Origin: a virus
Strand: one strand, 5' to 3'
DNA: 64,000 nt
IMG/VR virus record: IMGVR_UViG_3300012921_000081
Span: 1,206-65,205 of that record
Positions 1-8,840 of the stretch are shown in pieces. Under the pieces are notes generated by a model. It was given only the letters and a program-made list of their open reading frames with translations. It ran no database searches and was not told where the DNA came from. Every line of letters begins with the position of its first letter. Position 1 is the first letter of the stretch. Both the position numbers and the translations under genes were made by a program.

Positions 1-850
1 CGGGCGTGATCCAGCCCGAGAGCGAGAGATCGGCGAGTTCGCCGCCGGCGGTGGAGGCCAGATCGCGGAGCACGCCGTCGGCCATGCCGTCCACGTCCGC
101 GCCCGAGAGCGTGTCGACGTATTCCTCGTAGCCGATCGGCGCGAGCGGACGGACAAGCATGAGCCCGCCGCCGGGGTTGACCGCCAGGGCCGAGTCGGGC
201 AACCGCAACGACTGGATGAGTTGGCGGGCGGCGTCGGCATCACCTGCGGGCGCATCGCCGACGGCGACGAACGCGGAGGCGTCGGCGAGCATCGGCTGAT
301 AGAGGTTGCGGCTGAGCGAACTGGTGTACGCGGGCAGACCCTTCTTGGTCAGCAGCGCGTCGTCGGTACACAGCGCCCAGGGCGCGTTGGTGCTGCGATC
401 GACGGTCGCGATCGGCTGGAGGGTTTTGCGATCGACGAACAACGGCTCGGGGTGCTTGTCCTCCCAGCCGACGCGGATGATGCCCGACGCGCCGTCGCCC
501 ATCTCCATCGCGTCGCAGCGTTCGATCCAGCGGCGATCGAGTCGCTCGTTGCTGAGCGACTCTCGATACGCCGGGGCGGCGTTGGCCAGTCCCGCGACAT
601 CCTGCACCCAGATCTCCAGCCACGACTGCACCTTGTTCTTGGCGTCGGCGACGCACCCGAGCAGGACGCGGGCGTCGATGGTCTCGCGGAGCACGACGAG
701 CGGCGACTCACCCTTGGTGTCGGTGGTGCGCACGATGACGCAGAGTCGCAGGCCGGCGGGTTGGGCGGGCTGGATCGGCACCGCCGCGTGCCCGCTGGGC
801 AGCGTCTTGGTCTGGCTGGCGAACACAAATGCCGGAACGCCTGAAGTCAC
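1..850 (-). CDS. Host hypothetical protein (partial, runs off left edge)
   Basis: Manual translation: open minus-strand frame MTSGVPAFVFASQTKTLP... to position 1. GTG at 850 with GGAGGT upstream. Missing from the ORF track because there is no stop in the window. Confidence 0.75.
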   Translation of the reverse strand, partial: MTSGVPAFVFASQTKTLPSGHAAVPIQPAQPAGLRLCVIVRTTDTKGESPLVVLRETIDARVLLGCVADAKNKVQSWLEIWVQDVAGLANAAPAYRESLSNERLDRRWIERCDAMEMGDGASGIIRVGWEDKHPEPLFVDRKTLQPIATVDRSTNAPWALCTDDALLTKKGLPAYTSSLSRNLYQPMLADASAFVAVGDAPAGDADAARQLIQSLRLPDSALAVNPGGGLMLVRPLAPIGYEEYVDTLSGADVDGMADGVLRDLASTAGGELADLSLSGWITP

Positions 851-1025
851 CACGCGCGCACACCTCCGCCGAGCCCCGGCGATCGCTGACTGAAGAAACA
901 TGTCGGCACTGAACTCGACGGGGCCCTGTAGTCTACTTGGGTTGGGGCTCGGCTGCATCGCGTCCACCGAACGAAACCCGCAGAATGGCGCGGATTCGAG
1001 CGCGGGCGTCGCGTACCGTCGCCGG

Positions 1026-1823
1026 ATGCTGATCCGACCCGAGAACTTGACGCGCTTGGGTGTGCCGGCGGCGTTCTCGACGCGGGTCGGGGGCGTGTCG
1101 CCGCCGCCGTTTGACTCGCTGAACTTTGGGAACCCGGGTGAACTGCCCGAGGGCGTCGCGCGAGACCCGGCGGCGAACATTCGCGCCAACTTCACGCGGG
1201 TCGCCGCGGAGTTGAGATGCGCGGGGCGGCGGATTGTGCAGGTACACCAGGTCCACGGCAGCGCGGTGCATGTGCATGAGGCCGAGGCGTGCGACACAGA
1301 CTCGTCGTGGGAACGCACACGTTCGGGGGCGGACCCGAAGGCCGACGCGATCGTGACGCGCGACCGGAGTGCGCTGATCGCGGTGCGGGTGGCGGATTGC
1401 GTGCCGATTGTGATGGCGAGCGCGGACGGCGCGATCGTGAGCGCGGTGCACGCGGGCTGGCGCGGCGTGGTGGGCGGAGTGGCGAATGTCGCGACGCGCG
1501 CGATGCGCGAGTCGGGAGCACGAGAGATTGTGGCGGCGATCGGGCCGTGCATCGGGCCGGAGAAGTTTGAAGTCGGGCCGGAGGTGGTGGCGGAGTTTGA
1601 GCGCGTGTTCGGCGCGAGTGGGTTCGTGCGCGAGGTCGGGGGCGGCAAGGCACTGATTGATTTGCAACGGTTCATTGAGGTGCAACTCCGCGGGGAGGGT
1701 GTGGAGGATGTGGAGGTGTGCCGCCGCTGCACGGTGTCGGAGCGTGAGGCGTTTTTCAGCCATCGGCGGGATCGGAACGTGACGGGGCGGATGATCGGGA
1801 TTGTCGGAGCGCGGGCGGGGTGA
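1026..1823 (+). CDS. pgeF: Polyphenol oxidase/laccase-domain protein (YfiH/PgeF family)
   Basis: Family motifs FSTRVGGVS, QVHQVHG, ADAIVT, VRVADCVPI, VHAGWRG, AIGPCIG, FFSHRR. ATG at 1026 lies in ORF 900..1823. Confidence 0.92.
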   Translation: MLIRPENLTRLGVPAAFSTRVGGVSPPPFDSLNFGNPGELPEGVARDPAANIRANFTRVAAELRCAGRRIVQVHQVHGSAVHVHEAEACDTDSSWERTRSGADPKADAIVTRDRSALIAVRVADCVPIVMASADGAIVSAVHAGWRGVVGGVANVATRAMRESGAREIVAAIGPCIGPEKFEVGPEVVAEFERVFGASGFVREVGGGKALIDLQRFIEVQLRGEGVEDVEVCRRCTVSEREAFFSHRRDRNVTGRMIGIVGARAG

Positions 1824-1888
1824 GCGTGAGGACGGGCGCGAGCGCTCGCGCCGGATGCGTCCTCCATATCTCCGGGTCGCGCCCACGA

Positions 1889-2036
1889 TTGCGCGCGCAA
1901 ACGTGGACATGCGCGGAGACGGAAGTGGGTTTGGGGCTGTGATTCTTGGAGAAAAAGAATCTTTGAAATTTTTGAGCGGGTCGGGTGTTGCGTGCAGATT
2001 TGCGCGCGCAAACGTGGATACCCACGTTTGTGCGCA
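1889..2036. repeat. Two 19-bp copies TTGCGCGCGCAAACGTGGA (1889-1907, 2000-2018), each with a 12-bp palindrome; second copy extends into a hairpin
   Basis: Read directly from the sequence. Hairpin GCGCGCAAACGTGG-ATAC-CCACGTTTGTGCGC at about 2005-2036. Confidence 0.7.
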
Positions 2037-2232
2037 TGGTCGCAAAGCCTCGGATGACGCGTGGCACAGGCGGGAGGCAAGGGCTGTGCGAGGAGCGCGG
2101 CGTGCATAGAGTTGTGGCCGCGCGGGAGACGGATCGAGGATCTGTTTCTTGACTTGCTTCTCGACCTGTTTCTTGGCGCGGCGTGCGCGAGTGGCCCGAC
2201 CAAGGCCGTCGCGACTGGGTTCATTGACAACT

Positions 2233-2576
2233 GGGGCCGAACCGGATTCGACCGGGCAGGGAAGACTTGTTGTGGCGCGTCCAGGAGCATGCCGGCCTGG
2301 TAAAAAGCATGCAACACATTGATTGCTGAGCGTAACTACGCACTCGCGGCCTAAGGCCGTGACGTTCCCCGACCGACGCCCGATAGGGCGGGGAACGAAG
2401 CATCGGGCTGGTCGTCGTGTGGTGCTCTCAGGCACGACGATGAGAAACTACTGTGGGCTGGACCAAAGGAAACGCTGTCGTTGGCGGTTCCGCGGTTGAC
2501 GACAAATCAACGACTACACGCGTAGAGGCGACCTGTTGACTGTCTCGGGACGGGGGTTCGATTCCCCCCGGCTCCA
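2233..2576 (+). ncRNA. ssrA: tmRNA (SsrA)
   Basis: 5' GGGGCCGAACCGGATTCGAC, 3' T-arm and acceptor GGGGGTTCGATTCCCCCCGGCTCCA, and an internal tag frame ending YALAA-stop. Confidence 0.96.
2325..2354 (+). other. tmRNA proteolysis-tag reading frame AERNYALAA*
   Basis: GCT GAG CGT AAC TAC GCA CTC GCG GCC TAA. Resume codon inferred by analogy to ANDENYALAA. Confidence 0.85.
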
Positions 2577-3804
2577 TTTCCCCGGAAGCATGCGTCCGAC
2601 CCTTGGGGTTGGACGCTGCTTCAACGGGTGGTTCACGTTTCTCCGCCGGAGATTGCTGAGGCCTCTTGGGCGGGAAAACTGCGAAACCACTCGGTGAGTC
2701 AGCAAGATTTGTCGGAAGGGGCAAGGCCTCAGCACCAACATCTTCGGCGATCTGGCCCCCGGGTGTCAAGTCCATTGGCTCTATTTTTCTGGCCCGCTCC
2801 ATAAACCCATTCAGCCGAGGCAGTTGGTTGGCAGCTTGGGCAAGCGGCAACAGACGCGGGTCCGTGTAGACGTCCATCGTGAGCTTCTCGTCGGTGTGCC
2901 GCATGAGTTTCCTGCGGACGTCGACGTCGATTCCTTGACGCGCCATCTGTGTGTTCACACCCTTCCGCCATCGGTGCCATTGGCCCTTCTCTCCAGCGAC
3001 CTCCTTACCGCGCGCGATGCCGACCGCCTTCATGTCGACTTCCAACGTGTGATGAGACGGCGCACGATCGAAGACCAGCTCGCCCTTGCTGTGGTTTCGC
3101 CAGTCCATCAACAGCGCGACGAGCTCCTCGTTCATCGGGATCAGGTCGTTTCGCTTGGACTTGTCGCCGGTGAGGCGCAGGACCTTCTTGGCGAGGTTGA
3201 TGTCTTCCCAACGCTGGCGCCGTGCCTCGCGATACCGCAGTCCGGACAATGCGAGAAAGCCATAAAACGTCGAGGCGAGCGGGCCCTTGTGTCTTGCCTG
3301 CCAGTTCTCCGCCTCGCGCTTCTCGGCGTTGAGGATGATGGCCTGCATCTGCTCCCACGTGAACGCATCTGCGCCCTTGCCTCGACGACACCGGGGCAGA
3401 CGGATCGCGTCAAACGGGTTGTTGGTGAAGTGGCGCTTCACTTCCAGATAGGCACCGAAGCAACGGACCTGACTGAGTTTGTTCTTCGCCGTCTTCGCGG
3501 CGCCCGGACCTCCAGCGTTGATCTGCTCGGAGAGCCAATCGACCAGACGGTCGGTGCAGAGATCTGCTGTTGTTGACCACTCGAGCTCGGCCGCGATCTG
3601 CCGAACCGTTCGAACGCTCTTGTCCGCATGCTGGCCACTGAACTGCAGCAGCCCGACCATGTGCTTACGCCAAAGTTTGAGCGCGTCCTCGATCGCGATC
3701 GGCGAGAGGCCGACGCGAACGGATGAAACAGGTTTGTCAGCAGCCTCGTGCTGCGGAGAGCATGCCTCCGCGTCCGACTGCGGAGGGGTTTGGCTCGGAG
3801 ACAT
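2428..3804 (-). CDS. int: Tyrosine recombinase/phage integrase; ORF reads through attL into antisense tmRNA
   Basis: Catalytic motifs LSGLRYREA (R), GDKSKR (K), WHRWRK (HxxR), LMRHTD (H), MDVYT (Y). Start taken at ATG 3804 (MSPSQ). Confidence 0.93.
   Translation of the reverse strand: MSPSQTPPQSDAEACSPQHEAADKPVSSVRVGLSPIAIEDALKLWRKHMVGLLQFSGQHADKSVRTVRQIAAELEWSTTADLCTDRLVDWLSEQINAGGPGAAKTAKNKLSQVRCFGAYLEVKRHFTNNPFDAIRLPRCRRGKGADAFTWEQMQAIILNAEKREAENWQARHKGPLASTFYGFLALSGLRYREARRQRWEDINLAKKVLRLTGDKSKRNDLIPMNEELVALLMDWRNHSKGELVFDRAPSHHTLEVDMKAVGIARGKEVAGEKGQWHRWRKGVNTQMARQGIDVDVRRKLMRHTDEKLTMDVYTDPRLLPLAQAANQLPRLNGFMERARKIEPMDLTPGGQIAEDVGAEALPLPTNLADSPSGFAVFPPKRPQQSPAEKREPPVEAASNPKGRTHASGEMEPGGIEPPSRDSQQVASTRVVVDLSSTAEPPTTAFPLVQPTVVSHRRA
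2551..2578 (+). repeat. attL core, 28 bp CGGGGGTTCGATTCCCCCCGGCTCCATT
   Basis: Identical copy at 63070-63097; corresponds to the tmRNA 3' end. Confidence 0.95.
2585..2622 (+). terminator. Strong GC hairpin directly 3' of tmRNA (phage-supplied); no U-tract
   Basis: GAAGCA-TGCGTCCGACCC-TT-GGGGTTGGACGC-TGCTTC folds into a long stem. Terminator function is inferred. Confidence 0.4.
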
Positions 3805-3840
3805 GTCGGACACGTTGACACAGGACGCGCGGCATGTCAA
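3805..3840 (-). promoter_or_regulatory. Putative integrase promoter overlapping a TTGACA-N14-TGTCAA palindrome
   Basis: Minus-strand TTGACA (3840-3835), 17-bp spacer, weak -10 CAACGT (3817-3812), ATG 7 nt later. Would imply a leaderless mRNA. Confidence 0.4.
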
Positions 3841-4347
3841 TACAAATCTTTGCTGTGCCTGCGCTTGCGAACAGCCGTTCAAATCGATCTCGATGCACAC
3901 CCGCAGCTCGTGAGGAGCCGTGTTCTGTCCTCCGCTCGGGGGACACGAGTCGGCTCCATTCTGGCGCGATGTATCACCTGGCCGCGATTGTCGCGGCTTG
4001 GGCGCGTGTTCATCCCATGGCATACCCCAGGCCCCTGACCCCAAGGCGTCAACACCGAATCGTCCATGATCCGGCCACAACCCAACGATGTCTTCAGGAA
4101 ATGCAACACTGCCGTCAAGAGCGATCAGTCACGCCCGACAGCGCGTCGCCTCACGTTACTCGCATGGACGAGCGACGTGAGCAAATAACGGATGCGGAAA
4201 ACCATGTGCTGACTTTTCGCAGAGTGAGCATGCGGGGGCTTACGCCTCACATGCGAGCACGGTTTCACGAATCATGAAGGCATCTTCACGCATCCACAAG
4301 TTCAGGTGATCGCCCCATCCGCTCGTGTGAAGCTGGGGAATTTCCGA

Positions 4348-4668
4348 TCAGCTGATACCCGTCACATTCGCATCCGTGAGAACGTACTTCCAGTTCGTGC
4401 CATCGGAATAGATGTGCCTCTTTTGTCCCGACTCAGGATCGACCAAGTACCCGTAGTGCCCCTCGAAGTTCGCCGCCGGATAGTCGACCAGGTTCAGGAC
4501 CGCGCCCAGGGATGCGTTACTCGCGGAGACGCGCTGCAGACGCTTGTGCTGGTGCGGCTGGCCGTCGAGGTACTGCCGGACGGCGGCGAAGTTCCCGTTG
4601 GCGTCGGCCGGCCAGGAAGCCTGCCCGAACTCGATCTCCAGTTGTCCAAAGCGCGGAGCGGTACCCAT
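4348..4668 (-). CDS. Small tail-tip/fibre-associated protein (DUF2793-like N-terminus)
   Basis: Follows the tail-tip gene with a GAGGA RBS; N-terminal motif APRFGQLEIEFGQASW...N...LD. Confidence 0.55.
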   Translation of the reverse strand: MGTAPRFGQLEIEFGQASWPADANGNFAAVRQYLDGQPHQHKRLQRVSASNASLGAVLNLVDYPAANFEGHYGYLVDPESGQKRHIYSDGTNWKYVLTDANVTGIS

Positions 4669-4678
4669 GGCTGAATCC

Positions 4679-7144
4679 TCAAGGTTGGCGGCGGACAGTG
4701 ATCACGCGCGGCCGAGAACGGCGAGCGCCGATCGCGTTGCTGATGGCGACGACGAATGAGTCGGGATCGGAACTGCTGAAGTCTTCCCCTCGCATTGCCT
4801 GCGTGTAACCAAAGGCTGCGTCAGTCACGCTCACCGTGCGGCGTGGGGTGGATAGGTCTGCCGAGTCGAAGATCTCCACCACGAAGGGACCATCGGGCGG
4901 CGCCTGGACAACTTCACCGTCCACAGTCGTGAGCGCGGCTCCCCAAGTCTGCTCGCCCGCGGCATTGCCGGACCCATCACGCACGCGGTATCGCCATGTG
5001 CCGACCCACGTCTCTCCCGCCTTGTACTCCGGCGGCCAGATGCTGTTGGGCGGGAGCGCGGCCAGGGCGTAGCCCTTGAGGTTCTTGCTGACAGCCGTCA
5101 CCGCCTCCAGGCTGACACCGGGCGGCTGGCTCTTGACATACACGGTGGCACCCGGCGTGAGAGTGGTGTCGCGGATGACGGTGATGGAGTCGCGGCGGAA
5201 GATGTAGACCTTCGCGCCTACGGCGTGCGCCTGCGGCACAGTGCCGCCCTGGGCCGGGATCAGACCATCGAGCCGGTACCCACCGGTGACGGCCGTGAGA
5301 TTGCGGAGGCAGTACAGCTCGTCATCGATAAGGACCATCTGCCGACCAGAGAGCCAGGCCGTGCGATCGCCGCTGAGATCGAGCACACCCAGAATGTCTG
5401 TGTTGAACGCGGTGATCACCGGACCTTCCTCGATGAGCCCGCGCACGTCAGCCGACATTGCTGACTGCAGTGTTCCACCCGAAGCCCAGGCGGTCTGATT
5501 CGCCGCAGCGTCGTAGCTTGTGCCGTTCGCAGATAGGTGGATGATCGCCGCGCCAGAACTCTTGCTGCCGCGCACGCGCACGACGCCGATGGCAAGCTCG
5601 GCTCCGACGACTTCGTACGGCATCTCGACGATGACGACGTGCGTGTCGGGAGTGGGAATGCCGGCGGCTGAAGATTGCGATCCATCCCCCGGGTCATAGC
5701 CAGTCGGCGCATATGAAAACACGTCGCGGACGACTTCGAACTCTGTCGTTGTGGATTCCGATGTTGCGCGACGTGCATTGCAACGCAGCGGTCCGAAGCC
5801 TTCGACAGAGAACTGCATTCCCGGCCAGAGATTCCGCGCCGTGAACCCGAGCTTCATCGTGTACTGATTGAGCGCGGCGAACGCTTCCAGTTCTTTCCGG
5901 TCCGCCGCAGCCCGTGCCAGTGATCCATGCGTGATCGTTTGAAACGTCTGCTCGGAGTACTTGCGTCCGGCGGTGCGCGACGTCGCTTCATCTTCTGACC
6001 GAGCGGTGTTGGGCTTGAACTTCAGAGTGCGGTCCGCGAAGAGCCACACCACGCGATTGGTCTCGGGCTCTCCCTGCGGAGACTTCTCGAGCGGAGGACC
6101 TCCGACGATCGCATTGGCAGCAAACTCTGGCGGGGTGATGACCTCGCGAATGGGAAAGAACACGAGCTTGTCACCGACCTGCGAGAGCATGATGCCATGC
6201 TCCTGCATGATGTCGCCGATGATCTCCGCGGCCGTCCGGCCTTCGGACCCATTGAGAGCGTCTATCGCCACCGCGATGCGCTCGTTCTCCCCGAGCACGC
6301 CAACGCGTTCCAACGCCTCGGTGTCGAATGCGGAGGCCCGTGCGCCGCCTCCATGCGGCCAGCGTGCCGTCGCGTACTGATACAGCACGTGGCCGACGTT
6401 GGGTCCATCGTCGTCGCCAGCGACGGGAGCAAGATACGCGAGCGAACGATTCAGTTCGGATCCGACCGACGTCGCCTCGATCTCATACTCAAGCTGCGGC
6501 CAGATAGCCGACGTGCCCTGGCGGAATGAGATCCAATCGACGCGGCACATGTACGGCCAGCGACTGTTGATGCCCACGCGCGACGGGTGCCCGAGCCAGG
6601 TGTTGACCGGCTGATCCACCGTGCCCCACCAAATGGCGAAGGTGCCTTCGGACGTTTCAATCTGCGTGCCGCTCGGCGTGTTGTAGCGGTCGATCGGACC
6701 CTCCCAGAGGACCTTGCCGCTGCGGTAGATGCGGTGGAGTTTGTCGATAGGGCCCACCCTGAGCAGGTGCGAACCCTCCTCGTAGTAGATGTTCTGCGCG
6801 GCCGCCTTGGGCTTTCCACCTTTGCCGCCTCCGCCGCCCTCCTGGCGAACTTCGCGGTTTCCCGCCCAGGCGAAGATCGGCGCACATTTGCGCCGGCCGT
6901 TGAGTGGTACGAGGACGCTGCCGCGCGTGGTGAGTGTCGTCGGCGTGGACTGAACCTCAAGGTTCGTCTTGGGCTTCTTCGCAGTGAGGTAGGCCAGACC
7001 GCCCAGTGCGATCGACGCGATGATCAACCCCGTGGTGAGCTCGGCCTGTTGAGTGTCGCGACGGCGCTCGATCGAGCCGGCGACGATCGATCCAGCGAAG
7101 GCCGCAATGCATGCGCCGGTTGCGAACCGCGAGAGTGCGTTCAT
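4679..7144 (-). CDS. Central tail/host-specificity protein (GTA g15 / phage-tail_3-like)
   Basis: GGGGGKGGKP linker, GPIDKLHRIY..GKVLWEG and YRLDGL.. motifs; position after NlpC/P60; ATGA overlap at 7144. Confidence 0.8.
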   Translation of the reverse strand: MNALSRFATGACIAAFAGSIVAGSIERRRDTQQAELTTGLIIASIALGGLAYLTAKKPKTNLEVQSTPTTLTTRGSVLVPLNGRRKCAPIFAWAGNREVRQEGGGGGKGGKPKAAAQNIYYEEGSHLLRVGPIDKLHRIYRSGKVLWEGPIDRYNTPSGTQIETSEGTFAIWWGTVDQPVNTWLGHPSRVGINSRWPYMCRVDWISFRQGTSAIWPQLEYEIEATSVGSELNRSLAYLAPVAGDDDGPNVGHVLYQYATARWPHGGGARASAFDTEALERVGVLGENERIAVAIDALNGSEGRTAAEIIGDIMQEHGIMLSQVGDKLVFFPIREVITPPEFAANAIVGGPPLEKSPQGEPETNRVVWLFADRTLKFKPNTARSEDEATSRTAGRKYSEQTFQTITHGSLARAAADRKELEAFAALNQYTMKLGFTARNLWPGMQFSVEGFGPLRCNARRATSESTTTEFEVVRDVFSYAPTGYDPGDGSQSSAAGIPTPDTHVVIVEMPYEVVGAELAIGVVRVRGSKSSGAAIIHLSANGTSYDAAANQTAWASGGTLQSAMSADVRGLIEEGPVITAFNTDILGVLDLSGDRTAWLSGRQMVLIDDELYCLRNLTAVTGGYRLDGLIPAQGGTVPQAHAVGAKVYIFRRDSITVIRDTTLTPGATVYVKSQPPGVSLEAVTAVSKNLKGYALAALPPNSIWPPEYKAGETWVGTWRYRVRDGSGNAAGEQTWGAALTTVDGEVVQAPPDGPFVVEIFDSADLSTPRRTVSVTDAAFGYTQAMRGEDFSSSDPDSFVVAISNAIGARRSRPRVITVRRQP

Positions 7145-7617
7145 CGGAAGTACTCCGCAGGCAGGCGCATGGCACGGCGGACCTTTAGGCCGTTCGTGTC
7201 GAGGCCCTGGAGTGAGCCCCGCGAGTTGGCACCGTTCGGCCGGTCTGCATGCCACACGGTCACAAGATCTGCATCGAGGATTCCAACGTGAAACGGATTG
7301 CCCGCGAGTTGCACGCCGAGGATGTCGTACGCCTGCAGCGCCTCGCGATCGACCAGTATCTCCGACGCGCCGTGGCGATCCAGCATCAACGCGATCGTGT
7401 GGGCGACAATGCGAGGATCGTGGAACGCGGCGTCCTGGGCGTGGCGAGGAAGAGGAGCCAGCGTCACCCTCCGCAGCATCTGGCACCAGTCGTCCACATA
7501 CCGCAGGCAGTCAACGCCTCCCTGCAGCTCGTGGCCGCCGGAAGGGCAGCACTGACCCGCCATGTACGGCGTGCCAGACCAGCGGGCGAGAAACTCAGCG
7601 AACCTCGTGTTCATCAA
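7141..7617 (-). CDS. NlpC/P60-family tail peptidase (GTA g14-like)
   Basis: WSGTPY...GVDC catalytic Cys motif, HVGI, WHAD. Confidence 0.85.
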   Translation of the reverse strand: MMNTRFAEFLARWSGTPYMAGQCCPSGGHELQGGVDCLRYVDDWCQMLRRVTLAPLPRHAQDAAFHDPRIVAHTIALMLDRHGASEILVDREALQAYDILGVQLAGNPFHVGILDADLVTVWHADRPNGANSRGSLQGLDTNGLKVRRAMRLPAEYFR

Positions 7618-8438
7618 TCCTCGCTCGTCTCATACTGAGGATTGCGGGAGGACATCGCCGTCCCGGCGCCGGTGAAGTTGGACTCGTTGTTGTACTTGCT
7701 CCTGCAGTTTTCGATGAGCTTGTTGCATCCAGGCGTGAGGACGGCCGTGGCATTCAACCACTCACGCGGCGGCGGCCACATCATCTGGAATGAGCTCCCA
7801 GATTCCCAATGGCGGATCGTGATCTCATAACCGTCGACACTGATCGTGCCGTCGTTCCACCACAGCGCAGGTCGGGCAAGCACCGCGGCATCTGTGATCG
7901 TGAGGATGTTCTTGTTGATAGCCACGACCGTGGCGGTCTTGCGCAGCGGAGCGAGATCGACGCGGCACATCGGACCGCCCAAGTCGTCCTGGCACTCGTT
8001 GGTGATCGGAATGCCGACGGGTCGATCGAGCTGGGCCTTGAGTCCGATGAGGGGAACGCGGGCCTTGTCTGGGCGATTGTCGACGTTGAACTCGACATCG
8101 CCGACGCGGCCGAGCCACGTTGTGCGCCTCGTTGCCGCGGCATCGCGGGGATCACACTCCTCGATCAATGCTGAGACAGGCGTGAAGCGTTGACCACGGA
8201 ACCGGGGAAGAGGCTCAGCCGATGACGTCATCGTGAGTTTGGCGGGCTCGTCCTCGGTGCCACCATTTTGATTCCCGTAGTCAACCTCGAGCAAGGGGAG
8301 AGCGGTGAACGTCTGGCCTCCGATGACAACGTCCGAGGTCCACCTGGCGTAGCGCACGATGGTGGGGGCCAGACCCCAACTGAAAGTCACGAGCGTGGCC
8401 AGTGCCGATGCCGACTTGGTATCGAGAGGACTCGCCAT
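7614..8438 (-). CDS. Baseplate hub protein (DUF2163/BR0599, GTA g13-like)
   Basis: CQDDLGGPMCRVDL and PGCNKLIENCRSKYNNESNF motifs; TGATG overlap with the upstream gene. Confidence 0.85.
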   Translation of the reverse strand: MASPLDTKSASALATLVTFSWGLAPTIVRYARWTSDVVIGGQTFTALPLLEVDYGNQNGGTEDEPAKLTMTSSAEPLPRFRGQRFTPVSALIEECDPRDAAATRRTTWLGRVGDVEFNVDNRPDKARVPLIGLKAQLDRPVGIPITNECQDDLGGPMCRVDLAPLRKTATVVAINKNILTITDAAVLARPALWWNDGTISVDGYEITIRHWESGSSFQMMWPPPREWLNATAVLTPGCNKLIENCRSKYNNESNFTGAGTAMSSRNPQYETSED

Positions 8439-8806
8439 CAGTTGTGCTCCGTCCATCGAGGCGGCGAGTCTGGGCAGGCCTCGGATGCGTCGAGGACCTT
8501 GGTCATGAGCCCGTGCCCAGCGCACCCGCAGGCGAGGCATGCCCCCTCACCCGACGCTATCGTCGCGTACTTGCCGCATGCATTGGATTGGCACACGGCC
8601 AGCCGGACGTCGGCGACTTCGCGCGGCACCGATGCTCCGACGACGCGACGAACCTCCGATGTGACACGTGCTGCGATCGCCACGCCCTTGTCGAGCCCTG
8701 ACCTCACCCCTAGAGCGATGGCGGTGAACTCGGCCTCGGTCATCTCCGAAGGATGGCGCCCGCGCTTGCGGCATTCGTCCAGGATGGCGACATCGAAACT
8801 GTGCAC
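8438..8806 (-). CDS. Small Cys-rich tail-associated protein
   Basis: CQSNAC...CLACGC...ACPDSPPRW; translationally coupled to the next gene. Confidence 0.65.
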   Translation of the reverse strand: MHSFDVAILDECRKRGRHPSEMTEAEFTAIALGVRSGLDKGVAIAARVTSEVRRVVGASVPREVADVRLAVCQSNACGKYATIASGEGACLACGCAGHGLMTKVLDASEACPDSPPRWTEHN

Positions 8807-8840
8807 GCCGGACCATACTCGCCAGCGATGTGATTCCCCG

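Noticed and set aside
933-2435. 500-aa minus-strand ORF
   Set aside because: Arg/Pro-rich shadow frame opposite pgeF and tmRNA; no domain signal.
3805-4080. N-terminal 92 aa of the 550-aa integrase ORF as called by the track
   Set aside because: Low-complexity and not integrase-like; the promoter-like site and domain start favour ATG 3804.
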